From Raphidiopsis brookii D9 (GTDB lineage: Bacteria > Cyanobacteriota > Cyanobacteriia > Cyanobacteriales > Nostocaceae), in NCBI GenBank assembly GCA_000175855.1, contig ACYB01000042.1, positions 1 through 32,000 on the forward strand: a stretch of DNA of 32,000 nucleotides, read 5' to 3'. Numbering within the stretch: the first letter of the stretch is position 1; each line of letters starts with the position of its first letter. Both the position numbers and the translations under genes were made by a program. The notes beneath the pieces were generated by a model. The model saw only the letters and a program-made list of their open reading frames with translations. It was not told the origin of the DNA and did not search any database. This document shows positions 25,141 through 32,000 of this stretch, one piece after another.

Positions 25141-25148
25141 CTATAACC

Positions 25149-26372
25149 ATGATTTCTACCCTCCCTAATTCTGGTACTCAAAATCTACCTAATGTGCGTT
25201 TACAAATCCGTGCACTGTTGCCACAACTTATAGAATGGAGACGTAAAATACATCAAAGACCAGAATTGGGGTTTCAAGAAAAACTAACTGCTCAGTTTAT
25301 TTCTGAGCAATTACAAGCCTGGGAAATAGAGCATCAAACCGGTATTGCCCAAACTGGTATTGTGGCTACAATCACAGGAACAGGATCCGCCACTGGTAAG
25401 GTTTTGGCTATTCGTGCTGATATGGACGCGTTGCCAGTTCAAGAAGAAAATAAGGTATCCTACTGTTCCCAACAGGATGGAATCATGCACGCTTGTGGAC
25501 ATGATGGACATACTGCGATCGCATTGGGAACAGCATATTACCTACAAAAACACCGTCAAGACTTTAGTGGTCAGGTAAAAATCATCTTTCAACCAGCAGA
25601 AGAGGGACCTGGTGGAGCTAAACCAATGATTGATGAGGGAGTATTAAAAAATCCTGATGTGGATGCTATTATTGGTCTCCACCTATGGAATGATCTATTG
25701 GTGGGCACTGTAGGGGTTCGTCCAGGTCCTTTTATGGCGGCAGTGGACTTTTTTAACTGTACAATCTTAGGTAGAGGTGGACATGGAGCTTTACCTCATC
25801 AGACCATTGATTCGGTTGTGGTTGCAGCTCAGATTGTGAATGCTTTACAAACTATTGTAGCTCGAAATGTCAATCCCCTGGATTCAGCAGTGGTGACCAT
25901 TGGTGAACTTCATGCTGGCACAAGAATGAACGTAATTGCTGATACTGCAAGAATGAGCGGGTCAGTGAGATATTTTAATGGTCAATTGGCAGAATTTTTC
26001 AAGCAAAGAATCACGGAAATTATCCGGGGGATTTGCGAAAGTCATGGGGCTAATTACGAGTTAGAATATACACATCTTTATCCACCCGTAATCAATGATG
26101 AGGTGATGGCACAATTGGTGAGAAAGGTAGCAGAACAAGTGGTAGAAACACCGGTGAATATTATCCATGAATGTCAAATTATGGGTAGTGAGGATATGTC
26201 ATTTTTCTTGCAAGAGGTTCCAGGTTGTTATTTCTTTTTGGGTTCTGCTAATCCTGAGAAACAGTTGAACTACCCCCATCACCATCCGCGCTTTGACTTT
26301 GATGAAGTAGCTTTAGCAGTGGGGGTAGAAATATTTGTGAGATGTGTGGAAAACTTCTTAATACCGCATTAA
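25149..26372 (+). CDS. M20-family amidohydrolase (N-acyl-amino-acid / hippurate hydrolase-like)
   Basis: About 407 aa from ATG 25149. The ORF-track TTG start at 25083 overlaps the upstream remnant. Motifs are IHQRPELGFQE, ACGHDGH, IFQPAEEGPGGA and HHHPRFDFDE. Confidence 0.85.
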   Translation: MISTLPNSGTQNLPNVRLQIRALLPQLIEWRRKIHQRPELGFQEKLTAQFISEQLQAWEIEHQTGIAQTGIVATITGTGSATGKVLAIRADMDALPVQEENKVSYCSQQDGIMHACGHDGHTAIALGTAYYLQKHRQDFSGQVKIIFQPAEEGPGGAKPMIDEGVLKNPDVDAIIGLHLWNDLLVGTVGVRPGPFMAAVDFFNCTILGRGGHGALPHQTIDSVVVAAQIVNALQTIVARNVNPLDSAVVTIGELHAGTRMNVIADTARMSGSVRYFNGQLAEFFKQRITEIIRGICESHGANYELEYTHLYPPVINDEVMAQLVRKVAEQVVETPVNIIHECQIMGSEDMSFFLQEVPGCYFFLGSANPEKQLNYPHHHPRFDFDEVALAVGVEIFVRCVENFLIPH

Positions 26373-26387
26373 TACTGCAAGAGTAAA

Positions 26388-28175
26388 TTAAACCCCATCC
26401 TCACCTGTTGGTTCTTCTGTGGGAGGAGTAGGAGTTGTAGTAGGAACGGGATTTTCCACAGGAGGAGGAGTGGGAATGGAATTTTCCACAGGAGGAGGAG
26501 TAGGAGTTGTAGTGGGAATGGGATTTTCCACAGGAGGAGTAGGAGTTGTAGTAGGAATGGTGGTTTTAGGAGGAGTGGGAGTTGTAGTAGGAATGGTGGT
26601 TCTAGGAGGAATAGGAGTTGTAGTAGGAATGGTAGTTCTAGGAGGAATGGTGGTTCTAAGAGGAATAGGATCTCGTTTAATTGGAGCTTCTAAAGCGACA
26701 GATAAACTATAGTTACTTTGAGGAACTGTTGTAGACAAAGTCAGTTGGATAGTTAACCTCCCCCTACTTGTTAAGACTCCCTCATAGCTAGTAACTTTTT
26801 GAGCATCAATGCTAAGGGGTTGACCGTCAGCAGTAAGAATAGTTAATAAAACGCCACTTTCCTCATTAAGTCCCACGGTGAGCTTTTGTCCTGGACTACC
26901 TCTAAAACTGTATTCAATTACTTCCCCAAATTTGATTATTCCTTCTTCATTAGCATTATTAGATGAATCCCATGCTAAACTCCGTAGTTCCGTTTTGCTA
27001 GGTGTGAGTGTCAATGTAGAATCGGGTGTAGATCTGGGAATTACAGGGGAAGGAAAATTCTGGGGTGTGGTGGATAATCGGGGAAATAACCCTTGATCAC
27101 GAAGGTAATTAACTAGGGACCAAGAACCAAATCCCGCCAAAATAACTACAAAACTACCAATAGTCACCACGGCCAAAGTATTGTCCAAAATCGAACTATT
27201 AGTATGAGTAGTATGAGTAGTGTGAGGTGATATTACTGGTTCAGGTGAGTTAGTTGGGGTAGGAGATGGATGACTAATAGCAATAGTGGGTAAATAGGAT
27301 AGATTAGGATCCGGAGGGTTTAAGGGACTTGAGACTTCTAAATTATTTAAATCAAGAATAACTTCCTTAGCATTTTGATAGCGATCGCCTGGGATACGAT
27401 TTAGCATGCGATTTATTACCTGAGCGAACTTAGGACTAACTTGTACCCAGTGCTGCCATTTCCAAACAAAAGTAGTTTCATCAAATAGATCCGCTGGTTC
27501 TTTTCCGGTGAGGAGAACTATAGCCGTAACAGCCAGTGCATACAAATCACTATTGGGATAAGCTTTTCCGGTTTGGACTTGTTCTATGGGGGAATACCCC
27601 GGTTTACCTACTGTAGTAGATTGATGGACAGAATAAGTTGATAACCTAGTTGCTACTTCTTTAACAACACCAAAATCAATTAACACAGGTTTTTGGTCTG
27701 TGCTGCGTAAGATTAAATTATCGGGGGAAATATCCCGGTGAATGATCTTAGCTTTGTGAATATACTCTAAAACCGGTAATAGAGATTGTAATAAATATAG
27801 TATTTCCGCTTCAGTAAAACTTTGACCTTGAGTACGACGTTCATTTAAGATGGTATGGTAGGTTTTCCCTCCCACGAAATCCTGGACTAGGAACAACCGT
27901 TGGTCTTGGGCAAATTTTTCTCGGAACTTAGGAATTTGGGGGTGATCAATTTGATATAGTATGGATGCTTCCCGATCAAACAATTCTTGAGCTTTTTTAC
28001 CCTTGTATGAATCTGGGTCTAAAATAACCAATTCCTTGATAGCGCAAAGTTCGTTAAAACGTCCTTGGTCTTCTGCTAGATAGGTTCTACCAAATCCCCC
28101 CTGTCCCAAAAGACGAATAATATGGTAGCGATTTTGGAGAATAGTTCCAAGGTTAATGGGTAATGGCATAATCAT
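26388..28175 (-). CDS. Membrane-anchored Ser/Thr protein kinase with Pro/Thr-rich repeat tail
   Basis: Hanks kinase motifs are GQGGFGRTYLA, CAIKEL, HRDISPDNLIL, DFGVVK and GKPGYSPIEQ. One TM helix is present (AVVTIGSFVVILAGFGSWSLV). The C-terminal tail is (P)RTTIPTTTPTPP / VENPIPTTTPTPP repeats. The start is at ATG 28175 or 28169 rather than 28202. Confidence 0.88.
   Translation of the reverse strand: MIMPLPINLGTILQNRYHIIRLLGQGGFGRTYLAEDQGRFNELCAIKELVILDPDSYKGKKAQELFDREASILYQIDHPQIPKFREKFAQDQRLFLVQDFVGGKTYHTILNERRTQGQSFTEAEILYLLQSLLPVLEYIHKAKIIHRDISPDNLILRSTDQKPVLIDFGVVKEVATRLSTYSVHQSTTVGKPGYSPIEQVQTGKAYPNSDLYALAVTAIVLLTGKEPADLFDETTFVWKWQHWVQVSPKFAQVINRMLNRIPGDRYQNAKEVILDLNNLEVSSPLNPPDPNLSYLPTIAISHPSPTPTNSPEPVISPHTTHTTHTNSSILDNTLAVVTIGSFVVILAGFGSWSLVNYLRDQGLFPRLSTTPQNFPSPVIPRSTPDSTLTLTPSKTELRSLAWDSSNNANEEGIIKFGEVIEYSFRGSPGQKLTVGLNEESGVLLTILTADGQPLSIDAQKVTSYEGVLTSRGRLTIQLTLSTTVPQSNYSLSVALEAPIKRDPIPLRTTIPPRTTIPTTTPIPPRTTIPTTTPTPPKTTIPTTTPTPPVENPIPTTTPTPPPVENSIPTPPPVENPVPTTTPTPPTEEPTGEDGV
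26410..26680. repeat. Imperfect ~39-42-bp tandem repeats encoding the Pro/Thr-rich kinase tail
   Basis: The plus strand shows reiterated GGAGGAGT(A/G)GGAGTTGTAGT(A/G)GGAATGG... units. These create the spurious Gly/Val-rich antisense ORF at 26419-26712. Confidence 0.85.
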
Positions 28176-28370
28176 AGTAGTTGAAATTAAAATTAAAAGC
28201 AAAATATTTAGAGGGTTAAATAAAGCATAAACTAGATCACAGGAATATCAAACCTAAAAATGCTTGCTGGGGATATAGTTACAAAAGGAACTCATAAAGG
28301 TTCCCAGAAAGCAAAAATCCTCCAGCTTCCAGTTGTGGGAATTTTTACCTTAATTATCTACAAATCTACA

Positions 28371-29462
28371 ATGCTAAAAGCTGGAATAGTTGGACTTCCC
28401 AACGTTGGAAAATCAACTCTATTTAACGCTGTAGTCGCTAACGCTAAAGCGGAAGCTGCTAATTTTCCATTTTGCACCATAGAACCGAATGTAGGCATTG
28501 TTGCAGTACCAGATGATCGGTTAAACGTCCTGGCCAAACTGGCCAGCTCTGAACAAATTATACCTGCGCGGGTTGAATTTGTGGATATTGCTGGTCTGGT
28601 GCAGGGTGCTAGTCAGGGTGAAGGGTTGGGAAATCAATTTTTGTCTCACATTCGGGAAGTGGATGCTATAGTGCATGTGGTCCGTTGTTTTGAAAATGAT
28701 GATATTATTCACGTTAGTGGTTCGGTGGATCCAGTACGGGATATTGACATTATTAATTTGGAATTAGGTCTGTCAGACCTGGCTCAAGTTGAAAGACGCA
28801 TAGAAAGATCACGCAAGCTAGCACGAACTAGCAAAGATGCGCAATTTGAAGTTACAGTTTTAGATAAATTAGTAGCAGCTCTCAACGAAGGTAAGTCCGT
28901 TCGTCAAGTCAGTTTAACTCCAGAAGAAGCTGCGGTAATTAAAAACTTAGGCCTGCTGACTAGTAAACCAATTATCTATGCTGCTAATGTAGCTGAGGAT
29001 GACCTAGCTACAGGTAATGACTTTGTGGAGAAGGTACGAGCAGTCGCAGCACAAGAAAATGCTCAAGTGGTAATAGTCTCTGCTCAGGTGGAAGCTGAGT
29101 TAGTAGAATTACCTGATGCAGATAAGGTTGACTTTTTAGCATCTTTAGGTGTGCAAGAGGGGGGTCTCAAATCTTTGATTCGTGCTACCTATGCTCTTTT
29201 AGGTTTACGGACATATTTCACCTCTGGACCCAAGGAAACCCGCGCTTGGACTATTCATGCAGGAATGTCCGCACCTCAAGCAGCGGGAGTCATTCACTCT
29301 GATTTTGAGCGGGGGTTTATTCGCGCAGAAACCGTTGCTTATGAGGATCTGGTTACCCATAGATCTATAAATGCTGCTAAGGAAAAAGGTCTGGTCAGAA
29401 GTGAGGGTAAGGAATACATTGTACAAGAGGGAGATGTGATGTTATTCCGATTTAATGTTTAG
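28371..29462 (+). CDS. ychF: Ribosome-binding / redox-regulated ATPase YchF
   Basis: 363 aa from ATG 28371 (MLKAGIVGLPNVGKSTLFNA P-loop). It carries FVDIAGLVQGASQGEGLGNQFL and the C-terminal TGS-like region WTIHAGMSAPQAAGVIHSDFERGFIRAE. The upstream 37-codon extension in the ORF track is not family-like. Confidence 0.92.
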   Translation: MLKAGIVGLPNVGKSTLFNAVVANAKAEAANFPFCTIEPNVGIVAVPDDRLNVLAKLASSEQIIPARVEFVDIAGLVQGASQGEGLGNQFLSHIREVDAIVHVVRCFENDDIIHVSGSVDPVRDIDIINLELGLSDLAQVERRIERSRKLARTSKDAQFEVTVLDKLVAALNEGKSVRQVSLTPEEAAVIKNLGLLTSKPIIYAANVAEDDLATGNDFVEKVRAVAAQENAQVVIVSAQVEAELVELPDADKVDFLASLGVQEGGLKSLIRATYALLGLRTYFTSGPKETRAWTIHAGMSAPQAAGVIHSDFERGFIRAETVAYEDLVTHRSINAAKEKGLVRSEGKEYIVQEGDVMLFRFNV

Positions 29463-29488
29463 ATAGGAAGGTGGAAATGGGGACAAGA

Positions 29489-30665
29489 CTAAGCAATACT
29501 CCCCCTCTTCCTGGCTTCTTTATAGGAAATACTAACATTTTTAACTCCCGCTTTAATCATCTCTCTTTCTAAAAGGGCGAAGAACTGATTTCTATCCCCA
29601 CTTCTAACTACTGCTTGATTATGTGCTTCCGCGATCGCCACTGGATAGCCATACCCCTTTTGTATTTGTGCTAATACTAGTCCCAGAGCTTGATCTATCA
29701 TCTGAGGGTCATTTACTACCCATGCTGGAAACTCAATTCTGGCGATTTCTGTGCCCACATGTAAATAACAAAAGTAAATGACTTGATCATCATATAATTG
29801 TAGAATCCGGGAATTGCTGCGCCATAATGCGCTCCTTTGACCAGGTTGGAGCTGGGTGGCCCATAATGTGGTGTCTCGCAAACCTTCAAATTTTTTACAG
29901 GGAACGTAATCTAGTTGATCTGGACAATAGTTAATACAGTCGGGAACGGGATAGGGACAGTTTAATAAACGCAATAGATTTTTTGCTTCGTTGTTACGAG
30001 CTGCACTTAGATATCCAACTATGGGGATTCCTGCTTGACGTAACTTTCCCCAAGCTTCTAGGATAGGTAGTAAAATTTGATCCCTAGCTTCTAGTGGTAG
30101 CTGTTCTAAAAACCAATAGATTAGGGAGCCATCTACCATCGCTAGGGAAGGATGGTCGTTTTTTACGCTACAGGCTAGGTCAGCTAGTACCGTAATTTCC
30201 GAAGCAGTTCGGCAATGACTCATCCATTCTTCGGTTTTTAAACCCCATTGACGGGCAATGTATAGGTCTTCTTCTCGGTAAAATATCTCTGGTAAGCTAT
30301 CTAGCAGGGGATGACGATTTTGTCCATAATATAAAACCACTCTTCCAATATTTAGTAGGTAGCAATAGGCAATTTCATGATGGTTAGGAGCAATTTGAGA
30401 ACCGTCCGTAGCAATTATCGTATGTAGTTTGGGGGGAGTAGAAATTTGAATACAAGTGTCTAGAGGTTCTAGGGGTGTAGCATTGGCAAAAGTAATGCGA
30501 TCGCGCCATTTTTCCTGACGCTTGACTATTTCGTCTTGACACTGGCAAGCCTTTTTTTAAATTTTCTTTTGCTAACTCCAACTTACGGTTACTTTCAGCT
30601 ACTTCAGAGCAAAGGTGCTGGCTTAAACCCTGCATTTGCCCAGCTAGTTTGGTTAAATCTAACAT
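29489..30665 (-). pseudogene. NurA-domain nuclease, frameshifted
   Basis: The ORFs 30665-30384 and 30340-29489 form one gene. After LELAKENLKK, the family-like sequence ACQCQDEIVKRQEKWRDRITFANATPLEPLDTCIQISTPPKLHTIIATDGSQIAPNHHEIAYCYLLNIGRVVLYYGQN continues in another frame into the 283-aa ORF. The break is in the T7 run at 30552-30558 (A7 on the coding strand). Confidence 0.7.
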
Positions 30666-30684
30666 GATTGGTATCTAACATTAT

Positions 30685-31488
30685 TCACATCAACAGATGG
30701 TGGGATAACCACTTAGAAAAATCTTGCACAAAGCGAGAAAGTGGGAGCAACTGAATGCGCGGGTCATTTTGTCCAGCTTCTCTTTCTGATTGGGTATTAT
30801 AACCCCAATCTGCTAAAAAAAGCCCCACCTTGTCTAAATCCGATTGTTGTTGAACCAGTTGTAGAGTTTTCAATCTATCTTCCACAAACCATAATCTTGC
30901 TGGTTGATATTCTGTTGTACGAATTAATTCTCGTAAAATTTCGTATTTGGGAAGTTTTACTTCTTTACCAAAAATTGCCTTTTCTGGTAAATTAACCCCC
31001 TCTTGTTCTAACAATTGCTTGACAAAACGTTCCTCTTTAGTGGTAACAATAAACAATTCCACTTCACTATCAATGGTAAGCTTCAATCTTTCTATCACTC
31101 CTGGATAAAATCTATGTAATCCTAACCACCCGCCTAAATCGTTAGATATCCACTGATCGCGCAAACCATCCAGTTTATTACCAACTTCTTGAGATGATAG
31201 CTGGGATGTTTCTAAAATCTCTGTGACAATTTTTAGCCAGTCTTGTAAGATTTGCTCATCAGAAAAACCATCAATTATAGCTTTAATTAAAATCGGCATT
31301 TCCCAGCCCGTTTCAATCACAGGACGGAGACGATAAAATCTCAAAGCTAAATCATCTGGTATTATTTCTTGCTGAGATGGATAAAATTGACAGTAGGTAC
31401 GCCATGCTACCTCAAAGTATTCAATGAGTCCGTCACAGATGACCCCATCAAAGTCTAGAGCTAAAATTGTGGGATGATTTACTGTCAT
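30685..31488 (-). CDS. HAD-superfamily hydrolase
   Basis: 267 aa. The N-terminal motif I is ILALDFDGVICDG (DxDG). Downstream motifs are IVTTKEERF (motif II-like) and VEDRLKTL (motif IV-like). Confidence 0.7.
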   Translation of the reverse strand: MTVNHPTILALDFDGVICDGLIEYFEVAWRTYCQFYPSQQEIIPDDLALRFYRLRPVIETGWEMPILIKAIIDGFSDEQILQDWLKIVTEILETSQLSSQEVGNKLDGLRDQWISNDLGGWLGLHRFYPGVIERLKLTIDSEVELFIVTTKEERFVKQLLEQEGVNLPEKAIFGKEVKLPKYEILRELIRTTEYQPARLWFVEDRLKTLQLVQQQSDLDKVGLFLADWGYNTQSEREAGQNDPRIQLLPLSRFVQDFSKWLSHHLLM

Positions 31489-31942
31489 GGTTTAAATATA
31501 TATAAAAAACTGCTGATTTCAACTTATCAGAAGAGCATAGGTTATTTTTTGTATTTAGGGAAGTCGGGAAATTTAGACTGACATAAAAAAATACCTAATT
31601 TATGTGATAATATTTATATTTATATATTTTAATAACTTATTTTACGTAATTAACATGGGTAAAAGTATCTGATTTATTTATGGTAGCAGGTACTGTAATA
31701 GTGTTATGATGTCGAATGTACGCTGTGTATAGTTTTTGAGTTTTTGTATTGTGACTATAGCTCTACTACATCGGCCCTACCTTTTCATACTTTTTTTTGG
31801 TTAAGGTATTCTTATATATCTTTTGATAGATGTAATGAGACTTTCTAATTTTTTATAATGGTACTGTTTAGTCACAGTAATGATGTAATTTCTCCCTTGG
31901 TTAAAATTCTCTCTAATTGTCTCTAGTGGATTTTATATACCT

Positions 31943-32000
31943 ATGTTAACTATGCTGGAACAAATCACTGCCCTTATTCTTACTTACAACGAAGCACCCA
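31943..32000 (+). CDS. Start of a probable family-2 glycosyltransferase (partial, runs off the window)
   Basis: MLTMLEQITALILTYNEAP resembles the N-terminal beta-strand plus NE motif of GT2 enzymes (..vIipTYNEa..). Only 19 codons are visible. Confidence 0.35.
   Translation, partial: MLTMLEQITALILTYNEAP

Noticed and set aside
25083-25148. TTG-initiated N-terminal extension of the M20 amidohydrolase, and similarly 28260-28370 for ychF and 28176-28202 for the kinase
   Set aside because: The extensions are not family-like. They overlap upstream remnants or intergenic DNA, and canonical ATG starts give proteins of the expected family length (for example a 363-aa YchF).
26419-26712. 97-aa Gly/Val-rich plus-strand ORF
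   Set aside because: It is the mirror image of the Pro/Thr-rich repeat tail of the kinase on the minus strand and has no independent start context.
31489-31942. 454-bp very AT-rich intergenic region between the HAD and GT2 genes, as a possible sRNA or regulatory hub
   Set aside because: I could find no convincing hairpin/terminator, repeat or ORF. It is probably just a divergent promoter region.
1-32000. Search for tRNA, rRNA and CRISPR arrays
   Set aside because: No cloverleaf-like conserved tRNA motifs, rRNA-like segments or short repeat/spacer arrays were recognised by eye. A tRNAscan, Infernal or CRISPR-finder run would be needed to be certain.

Overview
The window looks cyanobacterial and probably heterocystous or Nostocales-like (inference). 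The evidence is low GC, 11 copies of the HIP1 palindrome GCGATCGC, a pentapeptide-repeat protein, IS630 and IS1 elements, and an AnaPX-like DyP peroxidase. It splits into two parts.

(A) Positions 1 to ~18.2 kb look accessory. This part holds an IS630 element inserted into a GMC oxidoreductase gene. It also holds an island of mostly signal-peptide-bearing redox and sugar enzymes: a ferritin-like protein, two xylose-isomerase-like TIM barrels, a copper-radical glyoxal/galactose-oxidase-like protein and a DyP peroxidase. A secreted GH15 glucoamylase with a CBM20 domain follows, then an IS1-scarred junction, and then the most interesting locus.

That locus is a minus-strand operon at 18089->14055. 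It encodes five small double-glycine-leader peptides (three are tandem paralogues), an APH-like kinase and a HopA1-like putative phospho-lyase. This is the kinase/lyase Ser/Thr dehydration pair known from class V lanthipeptide and thioamitide pathways. Here the cores contain no cysteine, and the window contains no cyclase and no C39 transporter. I consider it a candidate undescribed RiPP system.

(B) Positions ~18.3-32 kb are HIP1-rich housekeeping genes: an M16 peptidase pair, a TetR regulator, an LD-carboxypeptidase, NadA, an M20 amidohydrolase, a Ser/Thr kinase with a Pro/Thr-repeat tail, YchF, NurA, a HAD hydrolase and the start of a GT2 gene.

Four genes are broken exactly at homopolymer runs, and several gene remnants are present. 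This means either homopolymer sequencing error or a genome undergoing erosion. No tRNA, rRNA or CRISPR array was recognised.
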